Part shown: in pieces, positions 6,901 through 14,720 of the stretch | How positions within the stretch are numbered: the stretch's first letter is position 1 | Layout of the letters: each line of letters starts with the position of its first letter | Virus record (IMG/VR): IMGVR_UViG_3300031525_000001 | Coordinates: 122,276-186,275 of that record | Source of the DNA: a virus | Strand: one strand, 5' to 3' | DNA: 64,000 bases | Notes under the pieces: model-generated | The model's database searches: none | What the model saw: the letters and a program-made list of their open reading frames with translations, nothing else | Told to the model about the DNA's origin: nothing | Program-made: the position numbers and the translations under genes

Positions 6901-9770
6901 AAAAGAAGTCCGAGGGTGGTTCCCAGTCCGAATGGGCGAAGAACCGCAGCAAGGGTAAGTCCGAGAAGAAGGACGAGTCCGAAGAGTCTGAGGAAGAGCC
7001 GAAGGAAGAGGAGTCCAAAACGGCTGCTCGGCCCGGTGCCCGTCCTGCCAGACAGCGTGTCCGTTGCGATCAGTGCGAGATGTTGAGCATCAATGGCACG
7101 GCGACTCACGAGACAGGCTGCCCAAACCAGAATTCCCGCTGGGATGCTGACCGACAGGATTGGGTAAAGCAGCGTCGTTGCGGCGAATGCGGCATGGACG
7201 TTGACGCCGATGATCCGTGTTGTTCTGCGGAACCTGACTTCGACAACGGTTACGACGAAAACGATGAGCATTTTGGTGGGCTCGATGCTATCCTCGCTGA
7301 CGACACCGATGCAGTAATGGAGCAGGCGGAAGAAGCCGCAACAGCAGCCCCCGCTGTGTTCTATGAGTGCGGAGCCTGCGGCGGCGTGCACCCGTCCTTG
7401 GAGACTTCCGAAAGGCTCGGTCTCGGTTGGAACGGTGATTGTCGTGATGAGGTTGGTCACTTCGAAGACAGCGACGTTCCTTACGGAGACAACACTCAGT
7501 TCGTCACCTTGGAAGAGCAGATGGCTCCAGACTTCGATGACGCGATTCTGGCGTCTAAGACTGCGGACTATGCCGAGGGCGACCTTGAAACTTACTTCGA
7601 CGAAGGAAAGACGGCGGATTACGCCGAGGGCGATCTCGAAACCTACTTCGATGAGGGGAAGACGGCAGACTACGCCGAAGATGATTTTGCATCTTACTTC
7701 GGAGAGGAAAAATCGGCGGGACGTTCCACCACACCGAAGTACGTCATTCGTATTCCGGGTTCGACCGATGCCGCATGGAACGTGAGCGGTTACGGACAAC
7801 AGCGTGGTGCGGGCCAGCCAAACCAAGCGAACCTCGCACGGTACATGGAAGCTCTCTTGAAGAGCATGGAACCGGGCGGGCACAACGAGCATTTGGTGGG
7901 TCATTTCGACCCATCCGAAGCTGCGGTTTATCGCAACGACGGCACCTACAAGAACCCGTTGGCTACATGGTCGAAGGGTGAAGCGAAGCAGGGTGCGGAT
8001 GTCTCGGGCGATTTCTCGGAAGCGCATTCCGAGGTTGACAGCCCAGACACCGTGGATCAGGACATCAAGCAGCCGACCGAATCGGTAGGCGAAGCTGGTA
8101 AGAGAAAGAACGCTGATGTGGCGGAAGAAACCAAGGAAGAGCGGGCGAAACGTCTGGAAGATCAGCGTCAGCGCGATGCTCGTGAACTGACACGTCGCAA
8201 GGCGGCTGACATCTCGGGGGACATCTCTGAGGCTAAGTCGAACACGGAAAGCCCTGACGGGGTGGACGCCGACATTAAGCAGCCTACGGTTTCGGTTCCC
8301 GAAGCGGCACGCAAGAACGCTAAGGTGGGATTCACGTTCAATGGACAGCACCGTGAAGCTGCCTTTAGCGATCTCACACAAGCGGGGAAGTTCATAGCGG
8401 TAGCCTCGGCCAAATTTGGAAAATTGGCTAGTGACTGGACGATAACCGCAGCCGATGACGATGATGCGGCGGAAGATCAGTCCGTTGATTCGAAGAAGCC
8501 CGATGACGCTGAAGCTGACGAACCAGCCGAAGCTGCAAAGCCTGCGGATTCGAAGAAGCCTGATGAGACGAAGGGCAAGAACAAGCCCGCCGTTACTCCT
8601 CCCGCGAAGGCTGAAGCACCAGCGGCAGCACCAGCAGCACCCGCAGCGGCGGCGGTTCCAGCGGCGGCACCAGCCGTAGCAGCGCCAGCAGATGGTGCAG
8701 GTGGTAATGGAACCTCGGAAACTTCTGGTAACGAAACATCGACTGAAACTGGCGGTTCAAGTCCGGGTGGTGCATCAACTGGCGGCGTAGGTAGCGGCAT
8801 GGGTGGTGCAGGTACAGGCGGGGCTGGCACAGGCGGTGCCGCGACTAGCACGGGAACAGGCGGGGCTGGCACGGGTGGAACTGTGAGCATTGCACCAACG
8901 AGCACAAACTCAGCGGGTGGTGACGAAGGCGGCGGTGAAGACGGCAGCGTACAAGCTGCTGGTCAACCTGCTGGTGGGGCACAACCTAAAACCCCGACCA
9001 TCATCATCTACAACGGCGGCACGGGCGGTGCATCTACCGTCGATACGGATAGCGGTTCGGGTCCGGGCGGCGATGGGCCGGGTTCTGATGGAACTGGCGG
9101 CACGGGCGAAGGCTCTGGCGGCGGTGGAGGCGGCGGGGGTGGACGTGGAACTCCGCGCAACCCTGAACAGGCAGCGGATGCCGTTTCTCCGGGAGTTGAC
9201 AGCGACAATCGTCAACAAGGTGACTTGGCAGAACCACAGGGCAACCAGTCAAAGGGTAAGCCTTTGGCAACGAAGCCTGAAGGACAAGACGATCAGTTAA
9301 AGGGCAATGATAAGCCCGAGCTACGCGGTGACGCGCCTGTGGAGCCTCAGGAGCCACAGCCTCCACACGAAGACGCAGCAGACGACACGAAAGAAGCTGC
9401 CGCAGGAATGCCAGCCGAAGTCGGGGAATTCCCGTATGTCGAGACGCTGGTAGGTATGGGTTGGAGCGACGAGGGCGAACCGGGGCATTTCATGCTCGGC
9501 GATAGCCGTGTCGAAGTCCTGACGTACACCGATGGCTACGAAGTATACGTAGACGGCGAACTGTACGAATCAGGCGACAACGTGGATGAACTCCAGAACA
9601 CACTGGAACTCGTTGCCGAACTCGGTGTGGATGCGTTGAATGCACATCAGGCCTCAGATGACAAAACAGCATGTGCGGGCTACGGTGACGAAGAAGATGA
9701 AGAGCGTCCAATCGATCTCGGTATCGGCGATCTAGCGGACTTGGTTGTGGAGAAGGAAGATGCCCATTAA
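3987..9770 (+). CDS. giant multi-module polyprotein (about 1927 aa) with recurrent K-x-A motifs
   Basis: AGGAGG RBS before ATG 3987. Short modules separated by KTA/KSAA/KVAA/KFA/KNA, with acidic linkers, tandem repeats and a Gly/Thr/Ala low-complexity tract. Confidence 0.8.
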   Translation: MAQSGNTVALKSFQSFMVNDGLLSKTVEAIKAGEKEARSTGNVQSFEVFYKGFRQNIAIGRIYIVPPSVADKKGQDFPTALLYGCLVRTFGGEEIGDMISHKIGDTEWDEYSQASYASIKKELFGTENDKFAALILFAPNWVNKREYIGFQFPKDDNELANLTRHLVFSSYFDPRLSSAFDALMTDVETSKFDVTDITPKMNFPALAENPLKEFPLLTKEGSKKKARLGLTIKTAEEVTKAVLEPQEMDVFESLDTALRNSLLPNDSKGVEDASEGKAPTKGEMVPRLSSKKGSAKVAHGYIAFYGGKRIEIQADSLYGAKLKAIEMLKVPKSKQGLLAVELAEKDGEQVTTTITSSATAVFETPITNVGPGTEAHDEANQRTEGYKDEKDTPKVVINSAPIGIALDETGVPRRPEEERKSAASSYYPASAGKAQTENAAVVEKHGYTQFNSKPDGTSFWKSPIGTTAVLYPNGSWMHTGGKGDGAKALSELLISYHHERVPKVSKSAAYGDRRDFRKIDIFVSGKYVASTTWASSIKEAIQKYEEKNPGSWAGEVKAQFDKKGSADKTAVDYSGNYPEAIGGGWNKATADDLSSGYSKQVGNGLMDETPDKVKEHLKKNVSQARQGQDALKDHNASFDAAKWGGLGVKQASSLWVGSAKKVAANLDDFTSQYIITALWSSNDESDPSGGEPLDSNYDILDLAPSCLQAMTEDCAGFQAENQELLAAASEQDGQDAERQGHDFWLTRCGHGAGYWDGDYPTTGDGLTEAAKKWGSVDLYVGDDDMIYQMGAEDPSSRGYGQKGGPAKAGSKMASKKTASQNDASYIASLIGGGVHSEDYDARSQHSRTAAQKREDEMARKYSSQRKKFADVPQDIEDIWSETMEDMGPAPEIRLPGESEDNEKSTTGEHEIEAPEMGADSRSDVPEQVKGDQEEPTVKVEEALENDTTKSEEDEPSTGDGGASADSGETKSEKKSEGGSQSEWAKNRSKGKSEKKDESEESEEEPKEEESKTAARPGARPARQRVRCDQCEMLSINGTATHETGCPNQNSRWDADRQDWVKQRRCGECGMDVDADDPCCSAEPDFDNGYDENDEHFGGLDAILADDTDAVMEQAEEAATAAPAVFYECGACGGVHPSLETSERLGLGWNGDCRDEVGHFEDSDVPYGDNTQFVTLEEQMAPDFDDAILASKTADYAEGDLETYFDEGKTADYAEGDLETYFDEGKTADYAEDDFASYFGEEKSAGRSTTPKYVIRIPGSTDAAWNVSGYGQQRGAGQPNQANLARYMEALLKSMEPGGHNEHLVGHFDPSEAAVYRNDGTYKNPLATWSKGEAKQGADVSGDFSEAHSEVDSPDTVDQDIKQPTESVGEAGKRKNADVAEETKEERAKRLEDQRQRDARELTRRKAADISGDISEAKSNTESPDGVDADIKQPTVSVPEAARKNAKVGFTFNGQHREAAFSDLTQAGKFIAVASAKFGKLASDWTITAADDDDAAEDQSVDSKKPDDAEADEPAEAAKPADSKKPDETKGKNKPAVTPPAKAEAPAAAPAAPAAAAVPAAAPAVAAPADGAGGNGTSETSGNETSTETGGSSPGGASTGGVGSGMGGAGTGGAGTGGAATSTGTGGAGTGGTVSIAPTSTNSAGGDEGGGEDGSVQAAGQPAGGAQPKTPTIIIYNGGTGGASTVDTDSGSGPGGDGPGSDGTGGTGEGSGGGGGGGGGRGTPRNPEQAADAVSPGVDSDNRQQGDLAEPQGNQSKGKPLATKPEGQDDQLKGNDKPELRGDAPVEPQEPQPPHEDAADDTKEAAAGMPAEVGEFPYVETLVGMGWSDEGEPGHFMLGDSRVEVLTYTDGYEVYVDGELYESGDNVDELQNTLELVAELGVDALNAHQASDDKTACAGYGDEEDEERPIDLGIGDLADLVVEKEDAH
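7557..7721 (+). repeat. three in-frame 51-nt repeats (KTADYAEGDLETYFDEG) ending at a fourth K-S-A
   Basis: K codons at 7557, 7608, 7659, 7710. Copies 1 and 2 have identical peptides but differ at synonymous positions. Confidence 0.9.
7986..8322 (+). repeat. two about 40-aa coding repeats (ADxSGDxSEAxS..SPDxVDxDIKQPTxSVxEA..RKNA)
   Basis: Copies start at 7986 (KQGA) and 8199 (KAA); both end in RKNA. Confidence 0.8.
8450..9400 (+). repeat. low-complexity coding tract (D/E/K/P, poly-A/P, G/T/S-rich)
   Basis: PAAAPAAP, GGAGTGG repeats and a GGGGGGGG run within the 3987-9770 ORF. Confidence 0.8.
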
Positions 9771-12700
9771 GATCGATGACTTGCACGCCGCTGCCGCTCG
9801 TATGGCGGCGGACATCATGCACAGCGACAATGATCTGTCTCAGAAGCTCGAAACGGCGACCCCCGCAGCGGCGGAAGCTGGACCGAGCCACGATGAGTTG
9901 GTTGAGAATTCCCACAGCGAAAGCGGAGTTGGCGTAATCGACGGTGAAATCCGTCCGCCTGAACGTCAGAACGTCTCTGCCGTCAAGGATGCCATTGAAG
10001 CTCAAGCCGAGATGGAAATCGGTAAGACCATCGGAGAAAAAGAAGAAGAGATGGAGGCTCGTGGCGACGGTCCTTACGGTGACAAAGAAGTCAAGGACAC
10101 CGCAGGCGCGACCGAAGTTACCGCCAAGCCGGGAACTCAAATCATCATCAACGTTGCGGGCAAGAAACAGGCTGCCCGAGAGTTCGTTGTAAAGCACACG
10201 ACCGTAAACGACTCCCGTGGTCCGAAGACAGGCTGGTGGATTTTCGAAGATGGTCGGCCTTCGGGTATGCGTGCTACGCAAGAGGAAGCAGTGCAAGCTG
10301 CCGAGGCTACCGCACAACTCCGCATAGTTAATGGGCAGGTCGCCCCAGTTCGTGTTGAAGCAGGTCAGAAAGAGCAACCCATCGGTGGTGAGAAGCAGCA
10401 CCCAAGGGAAAACACCTCAGCCAACGGTATGTTCGGCGGTACGAACTTGTCGGCAACCCCGAATTTTGAGAAGCACTCCGAAGAGGGTGCCCCCGATCCT
10501 GACACGGTTGCCCGTGTTCGTGGTCAGTACACATCCGGCATGGGGCGTAAATCCTGCATGGAGCACTTCAAGATCACGGAACAGCAGCTTGATGACATCC
10601 TGAGCGGGAAGTATGGCAAGGGAAAGTTCGCCTCGTATCACGAAGTTAAAGCAGCCTTCCTCAAGAAGGGTAGCTTCCTGACGATTGATGAGGTCAAGAA
10701 AGCAGGACAGGAATACCTGCACATGATCCGCACCGCTGCGATTAGCGTGGCACAAGGTCAGGACGAGCAAGGGTTCCACATGCTGCTGAGCATGAACGGG
10801 CGTGAGTACGTCCTTCGTGGGGCGGATGCGGACAGTTTCCGTAAAGAGTATGCCGCGATTCCAAAGCCCGAAGCGGCTGTCAACAAGCTCGTTGAAAAGT
10901 ATTTGTGGAAAATGCAGCCGTACCAGAAACAGACCATTCAGCACCCACCGTCCGAGACGAAGCAGGACCCGAACAGTCAGGCACTTCGCCGCCAGCGGTC
11001 GGAAGGGTTGGCGGATGCGGATGCTTATTGGGCAGGCAAGGAAAAGCAGCCGAACGATTACAAGCGGTACATGACGCAGCACGCTTCCGCGAAGATCGCC
11101 GCAACATCATACGCGGAGTACCAGAAGTTGGTACAGGAGCGCAACCAGATTATCTCTCAGAATCGTAGCCGCCAGATGAAGGGTCAACCACCCGTGCCAG
11201 TGCCACCGAAGCCAGAGGTGCCGATGGTTCCAGTGGCGTATGCTGCGGATGGGACGTATGAGGGTCGGCTACAGGACCCAGCGGATTGCCCACCGGGTTG
11301 CACCGTAAAGTGGGAGCCTTCCAAGGGAGCCAGTATGATGACCTTGGCTAAGCTGGCGGCTGATTATTTCGGCTACGATGATTGGATCACAGGGCACACC
11401 GCTCTGATGATTAACAATGATTCGGCGGGACTTACGACGCTGCACAATTTGGTCCGCAGTGCCCTGAAGAACAAGAAGACTCCGAAGATGTTGGCGGGTC
11501 AGCTTGCGAAGTTCTTCAAGAAGTTCGGCGACCAGAGCAAGAAGTTCTACGCGGAGAACGCCGACAATGCTCGGGGCGAGCGTGGTAAGCACGAGCGTGA
11601 GCAACTCGAAGGCGTGGTTAAAGCGCCAAGCGGCGACAAGGCCCGTGATTTCGTCGATAACCTGACGAACATGTGGTACGACGCGGGTGGGCAGAGTGAC
11701 TGGGAGCAGCCAGCGGGTGAAGTTAACTGGGAGGAGATCGCCTCTGCGGAGATGGAGTCCGAGCGTGCGGAGAACCCAGACAAGTACCCGAAGACAAACA
11801 AGGAAGACGACAAATTCATGGAAGGTGTGGGGATGAAGATGGAATCACTCAGGACAGCAACGGCAGTATTAGCAAGAGTCGCCGCTATGAGCGTGGGTGA
11901 CAAACATCAGCTTCGCATCGCAATCGACTCTCTCAAAATGAACCCCGCTATGCTGGGCGTCATGGGGGGACCTGACAAAGAACAAGCTTTGGAAATCTTA
12001 GCTAGGCACGGTTTACGCTGGGACGAAGCAGGAGGTAAGGCTGTGAAAGCAAACGATAAGAAGGCCGCTGCTGGTTGCGACTGGCAGACCGAATACGGAA
12101 TGGGTGCTGGCGATGCCCGCTGTGGACAGCCGACCACGGGTAATTCTCCGTGGTGTGCCGAACACATTCAGGAAGCCAAAGACAACTACCCGCAGCACGC
12201 CCTCCCGACCAAGAATGGTGGGGAAGGTGCGGCTAAGACCCCAGAAGAGATCGAAAAGGAAGCAGGCTTCAATTTCTTCTTCCCGGGTCAGGTACTTCGT
12301 GAGGTTGCCCCCGAGATGCAACATGAACTCGTGGACTATCCAAACCAGACCAACACCCCAATGCAGTATCCTGACATCGTTGGTGACGGGGAAGAGGTTC
12401 CAGAAGAGATGGCTCTTGCAGCCGCTCTCGAAGGCGCTATGGATACAACCATCATCGCTTACGTCAGCACCAGCCCCGCCGCTGCCGCAGGTATCGGTCG
12501 TGACGGCAAGACTGAAGTGCTCGAAGGGGCCCCGCTCCGCAAGGAAAACGACATCCGTGGTATGATGTTCACGGACGAGTTTTACGGTCAGCAAGAGGGC
12601 GTCCCGGGTGCGGCATTCGCAAGCACCAAGGCCGCAGGTGGATTCGCCCGTCCGGGTTCGGCGTTCAAGTTCCTGAAGAGTCTCAAGCTGGGCAAGACGG

Positions 12701-13092
12701 CAGGTGCCGACGAAGCCAAGCAGTTCTCGATCTTCCTTCAGTACGTTTGCGGTGAGATCGCGGCTACTCTCGTGGCGTTGTTCAAGGTCACCTATCGTCC
12801 GATGCTGAACCAAGTTCCGGGCAAGGGTGAGATTCAACTGGCTCAGGTCGAACAGCCGCAAGGTCTGTCGAGCTTCAACATCTACAATCAGGCGAGCCGT
12901 GTGAAGTACCTGATGAACAAGCTCACCGACAGCGAGATCAAGGACGCCATCAATAGCTCCTCGGCTCAGGGTGCGGTGTGGCACGAAGGTGAAGAGGGCG
13001 GCTACGTGTACGAAGTTTTCGTCCGTATCGACGACATCGACACTGAGAGCCTGATCGCGACGTATAGCTTTATTTGCGGCACGAAGGAATAA
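9760..13092 (+). CDS. large multi-module polyprotein (about 1110 aa) with K/R-x-A-A motifs
   Basis: ATG 9760 overlaps the end of the upstream ORF. Modules bounded by KQAA, KFAS, RTAA, KIAA, KLAA, RVAA, KAAA, KTAG. Confidence 0.8.
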   Translation: MPIKIDDLHAAAARMAADIMHSDNDLSQKLETATPAAAEAGPSHDELVENSHSESGVGVIDGEIRPPERQNVSAVKDAIEAQAEMEIGKTIGEKEEEMEARGDGPYGDKEVKDTAGATEVTAKPGTQIIINVAGKKQAAREFVVKHTTVNDSRGPKTGWWIFEDGRPSGMRATQEEAVQAAEATAQLRIVNGQVAPVRVEAGQKEQPIGGEKQHPRENTSANGMFGGTNLSATPNFEKHSEEGAPDPDTVARVRGQYTSGMGRKSCMEHFKITEQQLDDILSGKYGKGKFASYHEVKAAFLKKGSFLTIDEVKKAGQEYLHMIRTAAISVAQGQDEQGFHMLLSMNGREYVLRGADADSFRKEYAAIPKPEAAVNKLVEKYLWKMQPYQKQTIQHPPSETKQDPNSQALRRQRSEGLADADAYWAGKEKQPNDYKRYMTQHASAKIAATSYAEYQKLVQERNQIISQNRSRQMKGQPPVPVPPKPEVPMVPVAYAADGTYEGRLQDPADCPPGCTVKWEPSKGASMMTLAKLAADYFGYDDWITGHTALMINNDSAGLTTLHNLVRSALKNKKTPKMLAGQLAKFFKKFGDQSKKFYAENADNARGERGKHEREQLEGVVKAPSGDKARDFVDNLTNMWYDAGGQSDWEQPAGEVNWEEIASAEMESERAENPDKYPKTNKEDDKFMEGVGMKMESLRTATAVLARVAAMSVGDKHQLRIAIDSLKMNPAMLGVMGGPDKEQALEILARHGLRWDEAGGKAVKANDKKAAAGCDWQTEYGMGAGDARCGQPTTGNSPWCAEHIQEAKDNYPQHALPTKNGGEGAAKTPEEIEKEAGFNFFFPGQVLREVAPEMQHELVDYPNQTNTPMQYPDIVGDGEEVPEEMALAAALEGAMDTTIIAYVSTSPAAAAGIGRDGKTEVLEGAPLRKENDIRGMMFTDEFYGQQEGVPGAAFASTKAAGGFARPGSAFKFLKSLKLGKTAGADEAKQFSIFLQYVCGEIAATLVALFKVTYRPMLNQVPGKGEIQLAQVEQPQGLSSFNIYNQASRVKYLMNKLTDSEIKDAINSSSAQGAVWHEGEEGGYVYEVFVRIDDIDTESLIATYSFICGTKE

Positions 13093-13109
13093 CGGCTACC
13101 GAAGTTCTT

Positions 13110-13135
13110 CAACTTCAGTATTCATAGTGTAGGGG
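13110..13135 (+). promoter_or_regulatory. phage promoter-like motif (CAACTTCAGTATTCATAG) plus GGGG
   Basis: Recurring motif upstream of ATG 13143. Confidence 0.55.
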
Positions 13136-13142
13136 CATATCT

Positions 13143-13667
13143 ATGAGTAGCCTACCGCAGTATAAAGGTAAAACTCGTCAGCAGTACATGAGTGAGTGGC
13201 ATAACAAGTATCGTGCATATTGGAGCACGCACGATGCGTATGTTGAAACCAAGTCCAAAATTTGCGTGTACTGTGAAAAGGAAAAGCCGAGCGTTGCTTT
13301 TTCCAAGGCAAACACGAACAAGGATGGGTTACAGGCATACTGTATCGACTGTCTCAAGCAGTGGCACATCGATGATCCAACACGTCAAATGCTGCTCAAC
13401 GCCCGTGCCCGAGCCCGTCGTTTGGGAATTGAATTCGCTCTTGATGCAAAGGATATAGTAATTCCGAAAGTTTGCCCCGTTTTGGGTATCCCGCTTGTCG
13501 TGAGATCAAAGGGGAAAAACAACTCTCCGAGTCTGGATAGGAAGGATAACTCTAAGGGATACACCTCAGATAACATTCGAGTGATCTCGTGGCGGGCAAA
13601 TGATATCAAGGGGAACGCCACTGTCGCTGAGCTAGAAAAAGTGTTAGAATACATGAAGGAAGCATGA
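13143..13667 (+). CDS. HNH-type (His-Me finger) endonuclease
   Basis: CPVLG...SPSLDRKDNSKGYTSDNIRVISWRANDIK, with N-terminal CxxC...CxxC. Confidence 0.8.
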   Translation: MSSLPQYKGKTRQQYMSEWHNKYRAYWSTHDAYVETKSKICVYCEKEKPSVAFSKANTNKDGLQAYCIDCLKQWHIDDPTRQMLLNARARARRLGIEFALDAKDIVIPKVCPVLGIPLVVRSKGKNNSPSLDRKDNSKGYTSDNIRVISWRANDIKGNATVAELEKVLEYMKEA

Positions 13668-13885
13668 AGATCGGGGTCAAAACCTCGTCGAAATCAGGTC
13701 GTGTTCTCGCCAAAGGTCTCGGTAAAGATGGCTGGAAGGACACGATTGATCTCATTGAGTGCGACCAAGATGAGTGGGATGATTGGCTTGAAACCCCATC
13801 CGCTCAAGCGGGCGGCGGTCAGGGCCGAGTAAGATTCGTTCGGGCTGATCTAAGAAACCCAGTATTAAATCGAAGGGGGCGATAA
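13664..13885 (+). CDS. hypothetical protein
   Basis: ATGA overlap with the upstream gene. Confidence 0.55.
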   Translation: MKIGVKTSSKSGRVLAKGLGKDGWKDTIDLIECDQDEWDDWLETPSAQAGGGQGRVRFVRADLRNPVLNRRGR

Positions 13886-13925
13886 TGGACTACATCGACG
13901 CTGAAGTAGACACAACGGTACTGTA

Positions 13926-14102
13926 ATGAGTAGCGAAATCATCAGTGAAGTCAACGAGAACGACCCTTGGGATGTGTTCCAAGAGAAGCATCTTCCAGAA
14001 GACGAAGAGCGGCAAGATATTGGGATCAAAGGCGGGCCTCGCAGGGTAACAGTACGCCGCGCAGACAAGGCTCAGCGTCCCGTGTTTCGGAGATCGGAAT
14101 AA
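13926..14102 (+). CDS. small hypothetical protein (58 aa)
   Basis: Read manually, MSSEIISEVNENDPW...RRSE-stop; below the ORF-track cutoff. Confidence 0.45.
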   Translation: MSSEIISEVNENDPWDVFQEKHLPEDEERQDIGIKGGPRRVTVRRADKAQRPVFRRSE

Positions 14103-14104
14103 CC

Positions 14105-14386
14105 ATGTGCGGAGGAGTAGGACATCGAAGTTACCGACGCCTAGCAACGCTGCCGATTGATCCGAGCCCCACTCCGTGGGATTTCAACACGTGGGGGTTC
14201 TTCTGTGATAATTGCATGACGTTCTTCGACTTGCTGCAACACGGCAAGGTCCTCACGTTTAAGGGCGAGGACGGAGAATGCTGGGCTACTTACGAACACA
14301 AGTGTGGTCAGCCAGCCCGATATATCGGATATTGTCGTGACACAGAGTTTACTCGCGTAGCTCAATTGCAGAGCACTTCATTCTAA
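14105..14386 (+). CDS. hypothetical protein; 3' end overlaps the tRNA
   Basis: ATG 14105; FCDNC...HKC motif; stop lies in the tRNA anticodon loop. Confidence 0.4.
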   Translation: MCGGVGHRSYRRLATLPIDPSPTPWDFNTWGFFCDNCMTFFDLLQHGKVLTFKGEDGECWATYEHKCGQPARYIGYCRDTEFTRVAQLQSTSF

Positions 14387-14425
14387 ACGAAGGGGTTGCG
14401 GGTGTAAGTCCCGTCGCGGGTTCCA
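14351..14425 (+). tRNA. tRNA with CTA anticodon (amber suppressor type), non-canonical T-loop
   Basis: Acceptor ACTCGCG/CGCGGGT, D-arm GCTC/GAGC, anticodon arm CTTCA-TTCTAAA-CGAAG, T-arm GCGGG-TGTAAGT-CCCGT, U73 and encoded CCA; 75 nt. Confidence 0.75.
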
Positions 14426-14458
14426 AGTGCGGCCCTACCATGCGTGGGTGCCGTTTTA

Positions 14459-14498
14459 GGGGGCGGTTCTCTCCACTACGCAGCCGCCCCCGGTTTTT
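14459..14498 (+). terminator. intrinsic terminator after the tRNA
   Basis: GGGGGCGG/CCGCCCCC stem followed by a T-run. Confidence 0.6.
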
Positions 14499-14501
14499 CT
14501 T

Positions 14502-14675
14502 ATGAACTGTATCAACTGCGGTAAACCCCTCGAAGAAGACCTCGTGAAGAAGCTCCAAATCATGGCCGAACTTTTCGGCGAAGACTTCACCTCACACTTC
14601 GTCTGCGACGATTGCTACGTGCCCACTCCCTGCCCGCCTGATTGTGAGGGTTGCGCCTTCGAACGCGGCGAATAA
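14502..14675 (+). CDS. small Cys-rich hypothetical protein
   Basis: Read manually, MNCINCG...CDDC...CPPDCEGC; 57 aa. Confidence 0.5.
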   Translation: MNCINCGKPLEEDLVKKLQIMAELFGEDFTSHFVCDDCYVPTPCPPDCEGCAFERGE

Positions 14676-14720
14676 CCTCTCCAAATCCTCCTAATACGTA
14701 ACCCTTTTATAGGGAGCAAC

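Noticed and set aside
7557-7721. Possible CRISPR array
   Set aside because: The repeats are contiguous, in-frame and vary at synonymous sites, with no unique spacers and no cas genes. The 62537 repeat has only two abutting copies.
6456-8381. 641-aa minus-strand ORF, and similar long antisense ORFs at 9490-10401, 12013-12984 and 50260-51132
   Set aside because: They lie wholly opposite long, motif-bearing plus-strand genes and have no RBS or recognisable domains; shadow ORFs from codon bias.
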